A stretch of 64,000 bases of DNA from Amphiscolops sp. MND2022 (taxonomy: Eukaryota), in contig OZ076413.1 of assembly GCA_964187785.1 (NCBI GenBank), forward strand, positions 43,836,001-43,900,000. The letters are read 5' to 3'. The position numbers were made by a program, and so were the translations under genes. Shown one piece after another: positions 38,301-50,300 of this stretch (position 1 is its first letter; each line of letters opens with the position of its first letter). The notes beneath the pieces were generated by a model. It saw nothing but the letters and a program-made list of their open reading frames with translations. It ran no database searches and had not been told where the DNA came from.

Positions 38301-41300
38301 CACAGTTTTATGTTTACCGAAAAAGTCTGTGGCAACATTTATAAAGACGTTTATAAAGGCACAGAAAATCTTGGCCAGGGCTTGAATTTACATTTGGGTT
38401 ATTGCTAACTATTTTCTACAAAAAAAATCTTTTGGGAAGTTTCCTTCACTTCTGCTTTAATTTTTTCCACATTAATGCTGCAGTGAGGATTCTCTATTGG
38501 ATTATTTCCATACTTTTCAACCTGATAAATAGGTTTCATTTCTTTGAGAATATTTTTCTTTTGTCATCAATTCCTTTTCACACAAGATTCTTCTGCAATG
38601 AAACACGTATTCTCAGTGTCTACTTGAACACTTTAGGCCAATGGTATGAAACACGATTTTCACACACAAGTAAATATTTTAATTCTCAGAGGTTTTCTGG
38701 AAGCAGCTTTCATGGGGTGGGCGGGGAACCAGGAAAAGCACAAGTATTTAAGCTTCAAACAGGTACTTATCTTTTAAGGTCAAAAGTAAGGCATGAAAGG
38801 GGTTTTTGGAGTCTAGAAAAACATCAAAAACAAATAGCCAAAAAGAACTCGTCGAATTTACAAGGCGGAAAACTCGTCGATAAGTAATTCGCCGAATATA
38901 CTACAGAGGAAAACTCGCTGCAAGCTACAGCAAATCTTATCCGAATATAATGCTAATTTTGTGATAGTATGTATAAACCAGAATATTACACCGTAAACTA
39001 AAAGACATTTCAGGCAATTATACGACTGAAACATATCAAACAGAAAACTGTGAACATTTTACGCATCTTTCGTTGAAAACTAATCCATAATTAGCACTCT
39101 TAGATTTCATAGAAACGCTTTTCTGATGGGTTACTAACAGATAGCTCATTGACAATCTGTAATTGTTCGACGAGTTCGCACCTAATCGACGCGTTAGTTT
39201 TCGACCAGATTTCCGTCCTTTGATTTAGATGAGTTGCATTCAACGAGTTGTTTCGACCAGTTTTGCTCACAGCATTTTTTCGAAAAGAACGAGGAGGATC
39301 GTGGTGCTACTTGACGGGGGTAAATGATAAGACTTTCAGACAATTCGGAGAAGTTACTAAAGTGCAAGTAATTTTTCAATTGGAAGATTGAAGTGCGTGA
39401 TTGCAAAAGGAAGAATATCCTCAATTCTATATTACACTTCAAATTACACTTGACAACTCAAACTAATCAATCGATGCAAGAGAATGAGAATGCATGCTTA
39501 CATTTCGACTCTCTGTAGTAGTGTTTCAAAAGAATGAAGTTTAAAGGAAAATTCCTGGATTAGCATCTAAACTATTGCAAAGTGATAGGCACGTCCAAAT
39601 ATTTTTCGGTTTCGTAGGCGACGTGAAGACGAAAATTTTTAGGGATGGCATTTTAGCACCTATTAGTACGCTTTAGTTCTTAGGCTAGAAGAGTGTAAAA
39701 AAGAACGTTTCAGAGTGGAAATCGCCATCTTACAAAAAAATTGACACAGTAAGAGTCGGGAACTTTTAACGAGTCACACAGCCAGAATTTTGAATAAATT
39801 TTATTCCAAAGATTTTGACCATCTGCATTTCAGCTTGGAAGATTATAGAAGCTTTGAGGTACTTCTACCAATGATACAGGGCTATCTTCAAAAAAATTTA
39901 AGAATTTCAAGTAATTTGAAAATTTTTGAGATGTTGGACGCCAAAGTTGACTTTTAGGCAGCTAAGTTTAATTCTTCAGAAACACCACTATTCCACAACA
40001 CAACTTACTCGGGCTAATTGATGCAAACTTCAATCCAGCATCACAATCGCACAAAGCTCAAAGGTGATTGGTTTTTAGTCGGCGCTTCATGAAGTGAAAC
40101 GCGACTATAATAGTGACTTTTATCAATCCACACGAACTCAGTCGGCAAAACTTCATTAGACCATTTGACCTAGGAAAATGAACCAATAAGGTTGTTCCTT
40201 TTTTTTCAACGTAACATACAAGACCGGCGAGACTAAAGGGTCCCTTTTTGTTTTTTCGGTATTGACTTTTTTCGAAAATGTCAAAAAAATTCGAAAGGGC
40301 GCTAGCGGATCCCGGCGCGCCAATTCTTGGATTTTCCGGGTACTATGAAAGAATACTTGACACTTTTGCTATTTTTGAGCCTAGGATCTGGCGCCGACCT
40401 ATGCCGTTCCAAGCTTGTTCTGAGTACAGTGGATCCCGGAAATAATCAACGTTAACGGAACGATGAGTGCTGTTTCTCATAATCGAACTTTCGTATATGC
40501 GGGTTTAAAAAGGAATTGAATTGGCAGTCGGGGCATTGACTATAAGCGAGTATTTCTTCTATGCGGGTTCCTCATACCCGGGATCCACCGTATTAGCATA
40601 AATTTCACAATAAAGTAAGGATTTTCAGCGGAACACATTAACAAATGCAGGGGACGACGTCATATCCTATTTTGAGATTGTTCACATGGATTCAACTTCT
40701 TGATACATGAATTCTGGAAAGAAGGTACAACATCAGGACAGGCCAGGTGAGATAAGTTGTTCATACATGTACACTCTAATGGATAACTATTGGAAAGATC
40801 ATAATAATATAGAGGCACAAGGAAAATCAAGTCAGTGCATCAAAATTACCACAAAAGCTCTTCTTCCTGGCTTTGTTGCCCAGTTTGTAGCCTTCGTTCC
40901 AACTCATGGTCAGAAACAAATAGGAACCGACAGCCGCTATTTCAAAACAAAAAGCCAGTATCAAAAATTTTGTTAGCCTCAAGATTGAACTAATCTCTAC
41001 ATTTAAGGGGTTGAGAGACTTTGACAGAAGTCCCAACTATGAGGTGAAGTCGAAAATCGAGGGAACAGAGATAGGAAAATCTAGAATATCCGCGAATAAC
41101 CCGTTTCGAATTTTCTATCATTGCATAACATTCATTATAAAACGTACATTGAAACACTATATCACTACTAGAAGCTCTTTAGAAAACGTTTACAACTTGA
41201 ATAGTTGACTGTTTTTTGTACAGGGTAAGTAAAAGTTGGGGTATCTTACCTTCTTTGTCCTGGTTGATAGGGAAGCCTTGGGTTCGACTAGGGAGCACGT

Positions 41301-44300
41301 ATCGCACTTTCTCGAAAAACTCATCACAGTCCAATTTGTACTGCTCTTTACAGCGCTCAGCATACATCTAAAACAATCTCAAATCTTTTCCATGAAAGGA
41401 AAAACTAAGATAAAATAAGATGTTCAATCGGATGCATAAAACTTTCCATCTTCAGCAACTTACATAATGCGAAAAACATCATATAATACTTCAACATCAA
41501 CAATTTGATGACATAATAAATTGTAACAAGACCAAAACAGTCGTCTTAAATTAGCCATTCCGAGCATCAGGGTTTTGAATCTATGTACCCCTCTGATATT
41601 CATGGCAATTTATACTTCTTGATCATTTTCCTAGTTGTTAGAGTACTAGCAAATAACACAAATTTTGATCCAATCCATGTTATCCCATCGAATAAAATTG
41701 ATCTTCTGTTCGAGTAAAGGAAATAATTATAACGAGTTTATACAGGTGAGTGTAATTTTCAAAATCATAAAAAGTTAAATAAGTTGTATGGAAATCATTG
41801 AACTTCATTTTGTGATTAAAGCGTCGGCTAGTGTAAGATTTTTAGTTTTCCAGTAGCTTTAACTATTTGTTGAGAATAGCTCCACTACAACTCAATTAAA
41901 CCCGTAGATACCATGCACGAGACAAGGACTGGCTGAGTATCTACATAAATTTTTATTAACTCCGAAGAAGAGACGAATCAACTTAATCGAAGGCGGTGGG
42001 GGTAAGTGTGACAAGGAAATCACGATCTTTACAACTTTGCTATTTTTCCCTCTTTCAGGGGTTTGTCTCGCTACTCTTGGACTGTTTGAAATTATCTTTT
42101 CGCTGATGAAAAGAAGCAGGTTGAACTTTAATTACTATACATCAAATAAATAAGTCGAGTAATAGACACAAATACAATTTCACATCCACGAATGATAGAA
42201 TGAATAATATGATAACATCGATAATAGCGGAGAATATTACTGAGTATATTAGGAGGCATATTAGGAGGCATATAACACAAGAGAACAGTATAAAAGAATT
42301 TCAGCAAGGTTAAGTTTTTTGTATCCGTAAGGATGGGGGTGATATCGAAGATATCGGAAGAGTCAACTCGCCGCAAAATCTCTATCGGTCTTGGAGTGAA
42401 AACAACAATCCGTGTATTATCAGCCCACTTAGGCTTAAACCGTGTATTATCAGCCCACTTAGGCTTAAACCGTGTATTATCAGCCCACTTAGGCTTAACC
42501 GTGTATTATCAGCCCACTTAGGCTCAACCGTGTATTATCAGCCCACTTAGGCTCAACCGTGTATTATCAGCCCACTTAGGCTCAACCGTGTATTATCAGC
42601 CCACTTAGGCTCTTTTACATGTAATACGATAGAGCAGCAGTCCACCCTACTCCCGGGTCGAAATCCGTACTAGCGAAAAGCGGGGTAGCAACAAATCAGG
42701 CAGCTTCAGGTTGTTAGGCTGAAGGCACGGGCTAACCGGCCAGACGAAGTAAATCTGCAATTTCGATAGTCCGGCGTCTGATGCGGGATGCTATCGGACG
42801 CAAAGCAGCAAACCGTTCTCTAGATTTCAACTCACTTTGTGTGTCGCTGAAATGGCGCACACTTCGGCCTATGTTACTTTTTCGGCAGTTTAGTCATATC
42901 ATTATTCATAGTTTATCATCTTTCCTTTTTCGGGTTCTGACTAAGTGTTGAGCAATACAGTTTTTTTTCCTACTTCGGTACTGAAAGTTCATTAGAAGTA
43001 CATTTTCTCAGCACGAGTCGGTCCTAGTTCCACCTCCTTGTCAATCATGACTGATGGTTTTACTTCGTTTTCAATAGAATTTAAGGGGTGGTGCTACTGA
43101 CTCAGTGTTTCCCACTTTTGTAAGCACGACTTAAACTTCGGCTTACTGATTGACATTTGCACTTTTTGCCAGGTCTCTTTTTCTCACGCGGTTCCTGACA
43201 ACTCTCTCCAGCTAAATCTGGCTGAAGGAAATAATTTTCTACAATTTACAATAACCTAAAAGGCGATTTTAATTCATATCTAAAAAAGTCGATTTTCGTG
43301 TTACAACTTCTAAGGGCAAAAACTAGGTATTCCGATCACGGGGGGCAAAAACCAAGTACAACATTTGAAAGTACAATTCAAGGGCTACAAAAGCTTACTC
43401 CATGGTTTTCTTTCTATTTCAACTCCTTCATAGTGAAAAACGCCTTTAAAGTTTGGTAGTCAAAAATCACCCAACGGTTTTCACGCAAATCTCAACTTTG
43501 GAGTGCTAGTACTCAGTAAATTTGAAAGATACAGGCTGGGGACTTATATACCTCGTTAGCCCAAGCCATTAGGAGTATTTTGCACTTTAGATGAGGTCTC
43601 TATCTTTTCTCAACAAAATTTGATAGTACTTTTTCTGAAAGTAGTCGTTTTCCCGATTTTTATGTCTGGACTTTCAATTTTGGAGGCCAATATCTCGAAA
43701 CCAGGTCATTTTTCGGAAAAACGCTTCTGCTAAACGCTGTGCGCCTGGGTCTTGTGCATCTACCCTGAAAGTTTCAATTCGATATCGCCCAAAACGTGCG
43801 GGGGGGGGTTCGCATTTTGGTAGGTCGACATCCCTATCGGCAGAAAGAAATCACAACTTTAAATTCTTGGGGGTTCTTCGCTAGCGCGCCGCAGCACTCT
43901 ATTTATTATTCTATTCACTCCTCCACTTCAATTCTCAAGTACGCTGTGAAGGGGGCGGCTATTGTGCGCTTACTCGTTGAGTACTAAGCGATAACATGCG
44001 AAAAACGGCTTTTTAGGCCATTTTAGGGCTGTTTTTAACGTTTGCTGGCTCAGTTCTCAAAAACTACTGAATATTATTCATTTTCCAATTAACACAAGTT
44101 AGGGCATCCATTTATCTTTAATTTAAGCCATATCCGAACATTTTTTGACAACTGTAGCGATCACACGAAATTTTTAAAAGAAACTCAATTTTGGAAAATC
44201 GTCAAAATTTTATATGCACTTATTTTCAAAGCTTCCCCCCGATATGTTCCCGGGGTCGCACAACGCTCATATTCTCAACTTAAGCTCTCCTTTGGATGGG

Positions 44301-47300
44301 CTTTCGAATGTTGAAAACCGTTTGTTGCTATCTTTTTTCATCTTCGAGAAATCGGGTTTTGATTTTTAATTTCTATTAAGAGGGGGGGATTAATTCAAAG
44401 TGTGCGGCGGCCATTTTCTTATTAGCTACGCGTACAGCCACTCACAGCGCGTTCTAATTTTCATTCCTTTCGCTTTCTGACACGCTTAGCTGAGTTGCAT
44501 TCTATGCTGTTCACGCACACGGCGGAGTTTTCACTCTCGCTTACCCTCAAACCCATGTATTAACATAGTAATTTGACTAAATTTCTATTCACAGTATTTT
44601 TTGACTTCTAATGCTTTTTCTGTGGAAATTCGTTACTGAAAAATTCTTAAATGTTTACTCAACACGTAGTCAGGTCAGAAAGGAACATTTTGGTGGTTTA
44701 ATTTTTCTTATATTCGCAATAGGTATTGAGAAATTCAATGTTAAAGTTTCGTTCCGAATAGAATTTTCATACATAGTTCCAAGTGGTGGCGGCCGTATTA
44801 CTGCATTAATACGTTGCGCGGTCGCTTCATTGTAGGTAAGAATGGTTATTTTGGTTGTCAACGGGACGGAATACAATAGGATTGACATTAAACAATAAGG
44901 CGAGGTACTTAAAGTACTTACTGTTATCTTAACTTTTATAGATATCACACCCGGATCATCTACCTTGCTGAAGGCATAAAATTTAATAAACACCATCTTT
45001 CAGGCGAAAAAGTCGAAAATCCTACATTCCCCCCCACTTGGACTACTACTCTCCTGAGTAGTTGGTTTATTCAAATTTTATTCTATTACTAGGGAGGTTT
45101 TAATTGGTTAATTCGCTATCCAGTCAGGTTGTAATTTTAGCCTCGTTTTATCAACTTAATCTCTTTTATTTTGTAAACAAGAGCTTGAAATAAAATGATA
45201 ACAATATAAAATCACTCACAGTCTATTAACAATCCTCTTAATTAAAGACAAAATCACTCTATTCCTTAAAATACATTAAATTCATCAAAATTTTCATTCT
45301 TTCTCACAATTTTCATCTTTTTCACTCCAATTTAAGATTTTGGAAGTGAAGTGTGGTCAATTTTAAAACAATCTCTTTTCTGTTATAACTAAGTTCTTTA
45401 CTGACTGGATTTCTTAGTTCATTCTCCTAAGTTTTAATATTTCAATAATTAATTCAATTTTCTGTCCAAGCAAGGAAAATATAGTTTTCGAGCTTTTCTT
45501 TGGGGCAAATAAATACAGGAGGGGTGGAGTTTAGTACAAATCAGCACAAGTTACATATATTCTCACGGTTTTTCTCGGGAAGACTCTCATTTTGGATGAG
45601 GCTTTGACTTCTTCGTCTCCGTTGGGACAGAGTCACCGGTCCCTGTTTTCACTTCCTCCCGTGCGGATGTTGTGGGCAGATTTTGGAGTTGCTCTGCTAT
45701 GCGAGCCAGCCGGTCTGCGTCGGTTTCGTCTCCTCCTCTTCGTCTCCAACCCAGTACTCGCTGAATGCACCGCTGCATGAGGAATAGTTGTCCCTTCTTG
45801 ATCGCCCAGCACAACAGTGCAAATAAAATTAAAACAATTAATGTAACAACACAAGGTAACACAATATCTTTCCACACCTTTTTGATGACGGTTGAGTGAA
45901 CTTTTTCGACCTCAGTTAAAAATGGCTTAGCAATTGCGTCTAGCATTTCTTCAGTAATTGCTCGGTCTGGCAATCCTGCTAAGTTTAATTTTAAATGAGA
46001 TAACAATTCTTGATGGACATCTCCCATTAAAGAGGGAGGAATTACCTCTTCTAGGTCTTTCAGATTTTCGAATAAAGGACGTAGTAGAGGGGTAGGCATG
46101 ATTCGGACGATTTCGCTGGCTTTACCTGTTGCACAGGATACCGGGTCAGGAGTCAAGAACAAGCCAGCATTCGGGAGCTGCAGTCTTCCTTCACACGTAG
46201 GCCGAACTAGACAACTTTGGCATCCGGGAACTCGGTAGTCAATTGTGCCGGTCATATTTTGCATGGTAAAGTCGCCTTTGGCCGAGGTTAACAAATAGGT
46301 TGAATCGTATAAGTATATGGCTTGGGGATGCTGCGGAAGGGCTACAACTTCTTGTGCACACAACTTCAGTACGGTGGCAGGGAGATTAAAGAACAAACCG
46401 GTGAGACAAGTCGTTTTCTGCGATTTAGTAGTCGAGAAAGGTTGTTTACATAGCCTAAGCCGGTGGGAGCCCCAACAATGCGTTGACAATTCTTGTTCGG
46501 TTACTTCCGCAAAATTTGTTTTATCCCAAGACATTAACAAATGTGTTTTTGTAAGTTGATATTGCGTTGCGCGTTCGGAATTGGGAATCGGTTGCGGGAT
46601 TGGAGTCGCTCGATACACTTCATGAATTCCGTGTCCCGCATACATTGGAAATTCAAGCAACATGTGTAAACCTTCATCCGTCACATACGCATCCCTTACA
46701 ATTTCAAACGAATAGTAGGCGGCGATTAATTTCCTGGGGATAGCCTCATTAAGACCGGTAACATGATAAGAGTCTAAAATTTTCTTTAACGTCGACGGCG
46801 GAATTAAGGAAATTGGCAAGTAGCCATGGACTAGCGATGACATAGCCTCCTGTAGCATAGACGCCATATTGGACAACGAAATGCGTCTCTGGTTGATATC
46901 ATTAACAATTCTTCTATACTGAGTAGTTAGATTTTGGAAGGCAGCGGCTATAATTAGAGTGTTACGGTGTCGGTCTTGAGTTAGCCTAACAACACACTCT
47001 GCTTTCTCTACATAATCCGTTATTTCGTCTATCACTCCATTAACGGTGCTAGTTAACATCTTGATGTTATCGTCTAAGGACTGTTTTAGCGTCAATAACT
47101 TTCGGCCGTCTACATCAGCAGGCAAGCGTACGGTTATCGCTTCTAACAGCTCCGTTCTCAAATAAACTACCTAATCTTTGTAACACTTTAATTTCTCTGG
47201 CCAGTTCTTCAATAATTTCCCGTTCTTTACTTCGGCACACGGATCCAAAGGGGATCAGGTCATCAACGAAGCAGGAGATTTTATCTGTCACGGAACCAAA

Positions 47301-50300
47301 TATCGGGCGCAGAAAGACATGAGCTAGCTCACTTCCGATCATCGATCCCGCTACGGTTCCAACAATAGATCGAGAGTAGCGATTAGGTTTTTCTAACGGA
47401 ATGTCGTCTACAGTATGGTTAAGAAATACGGTTAGCGCTCTCCGCATTGCTAGCCAATCTTGTTGAAACATTTTATGGCTTTGAAAAATTTCTGCAAGGT
47501 TGTCGCGCAAAAATCTTTTCCAATATTCGAATAAATGAGGATCAACACATTCATGATGGAACATACGGATATCAAGGGATACTAGTCGAGCTAATGCATT
47601 GTCCAAAATTTCGTTCAGTGGTTCCGGGTCCAATTGAGGTATCTGGGGAAACGGAATATAAGTCCAAATGGTCTTGATAGACTTAACGAGTACAACTGGC
47701 GGTTCCGGAGTGAATGCCGCGCCGGAAATAGAATGAGTACCATTTAAGAACCCGGGTTGGTTGAATCTCCGCTGGAAGTCGAAGGGGTCGAAGGGGTCTT
47801 CGTCTCCTCGAATATCACCCGTGAAAATAATGATAAGTACCAAAAATTTCATCCTACGACTATACTAGCGAGTCGGAAGAGGACGAAAATTGATAATAGG
47901 GTATAATAAGATAACACAAGACGATAATAGGTTTTTTTATTATTTTTTTAGGTTTCTAAAGCGTAATACGGAAGGCAAAAGTCGATCGAATTGATTGTAG
48001 AGTTGAGAAACTACAATTTTTCTATTCTAGCGACTGGCTAAGTTGAGGTTAAATTACAGAATGAAGCAGAGTCGATAGCGACACGGATGACGCTCTTTTT
48101 CTGACTCAGCACCTCGTGACGGACTGTTCGAGCTTACGATAATTCGATTAGTCATGCTCGCGAACGGCTAAACGAATGATGAGCTTCATTACTTCGGATG
48201 ACTCAACTCACCTGACCATCACCCGAAGACATTAATGTTATTTTGGCTTTACCACGTACTCGTCTATGCCAAAGCGTACTGGCGGTCGACGATTCCGTGT
48301 CGTTTCGATTATCAGCGAATCCGAACATTCGCTTTCGTTGTCCTCCTCGTCTGAAGGAGGCGGAGTATTTCTATTGTCGTTTATTTCTTCATAAACAGGA
48401 AATGAAGACTCCTCTGACGGTACGGGGACGTCTATATACAACGGGCAATTAGTCAGAGTAGTCTCTTCGTCGCTTTCGGCGTTTATCACGCGGGGAACGT
48501 CATGAAATGACACGTGCGGCCGGTTTCTATTGGCTTGGATTCCCGCCGAAGTAGGGCGAAACACATGATACGGTCTATTTTCGGTCTCTTGGTCGGATGA
48601 ATCGGATTCATCTGCGACTTCTTCATAACTCGGAAGCGTTTTTGTCGCCACTCGTTCGGATCGTTTCGGGAGGGATTCGCCAAGATACGGTTTGAGACGA
48701 TTAAAATGGATATTTTGCCTTTTTTCCGGGCAACCTGGCTTGCAAATCTGATAGTTCACTTCACTTGTCTGACTCAATACTTCGTATGGACCGTGCCAAG
48801 GGAGATGGAACTTTCGGGATTTCGCTTTGTGTGGCTCGAATAACCACACTCGGTCTCCTATTTTAAAACTTTTTCCATGGACCTTTTTCTGATAATAATC
48901 CTTCTGACGACGTTGTTCTTTCCCCATAGTCAGTTGCGCATGACTATGCACTTGGAATAGTTTATCACTCAGCTCGGCTCCTACCTCGCCTAATTCTAAA
49001 CGGGGGTCGCCAGGAGGTTTCGGATAGAATAAATCGATCGGATATTGTGCTTCTCTCCCGTACAACATCGAAAACGGGGTCGTACCGAGGGTCTTATGTA
49101 CAGTGGTATTGTACACAAAATTGACGTGGGGTAAGTAGAGATCCCATTCCTGCGGTTTTTCGGCACAATACTTAGAAATAGTATCGGCAATAACTCTATT
49201 GAACCTTTCTACTTGACCATTTCCTTGAGGATGATACGGAGAAGTCCTAGTTTTATCGATCATGAAAACTTGGCAAATATCTTTCATTACTTCACTGTTG
49301 AAGTTAGTTCCTTGATCCGTATGTAAAGTATCGGGAGACCCAAATTTCAAAATCCACTCTTCGACTAAAGTCGTGGCCACCGTCTTAGCCGTCATGTCTT
49401 TCAAAGGAACGGCAACCGCATACTTTGTATACAAATCCGATATGACTAAAATGTATCGCGCCTGTGACTTTTTCGCTAGCGTTACGGGTCCCAAGATATC
49501 TGCTGCAACAATACGAAACGGCGCCTTTGCTTCAATTGTTTGCAAATGAGCTTTTCGACTTTTTCCCGCCGTTGATCTAGCCGCGAAACGCGTGCATTTT
49601 GCAATATACTTTTCTACACTTGACCTGAGACCAGGCCACCAAAATCTCTGTTTAATCCTTGATAACGTTTTCTCGGCGGCAAAATGACCTCCGCTAAGAG
49701 GGGAGTCATGTAACTGATGTAACACTTCGGCTCTCATAGTCGAAGGAACTACTGCCTGCCATATTTCACGTTCACGATTGCTAGGTTTCCATTTTCGATA
49801 AAGGACTCGATTGGCCAGCGCTAGCTGATCCCAATTACTCCAAAGTTCTAACGCTTCTGGACAACTCCATTCTAATGCTACTTCTCTGGGGATGGGGTTG
49901 GGCCCTAAATCTTCCAATGTACCATCTATCCGAATTCCACGTCTAACCATTTCACGGAATAGTAATCCCGTACTACGATCCATTCTCTGACCATACGCTA
50001 GGTCGCTATCTGATCTAGTCCATGAGATATGCCCCCCCCACTTGCTCTGATACTAACATTTCTTCAGGGGTAACGACGGAACAGGCGGAATCTACACTTG
50101 ATGAACGCGGGGTACCTCATCTTGCCGAAATCGAAGGGTACAATTGCTCTTGGTCTCTCGGTGTATGCACGGAGATCGTAAAATACGAATCTTGAAACAC
50201 TACCTCTAGACAAATAGCAACATTCACCCACTCCAATTCGTCATCGACGCAACCTATTCTAGGCATTGCAAGTTTGGAAATTCCATGGGAACTAGCATGT

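Noticed and set aside
39194..39442. Additional EXOC1 exon
   Set aside because: No convincing donor site or similarity, and phases are already consistent without it.
42333..42521. Repetitive peptide ORF (RVLSAHLGLN)n in the LTRs
   Set aside because: It is antisense to the element, and the frame is broken by the 29-bp units.
42410..42612. CRISPR-like array (29-30-bp repeats)
   Set aside because: The units are head-to-tail with no unique spacers, there are no cas genes, and the context is a eukaryotic LTR.
43081..44400. Captured DNA-transposon/MITE inside the LTR (TTAAGGGG start, MITE-like motifs)
   Set aside because: No matching inverted terminus or TSD could be found.
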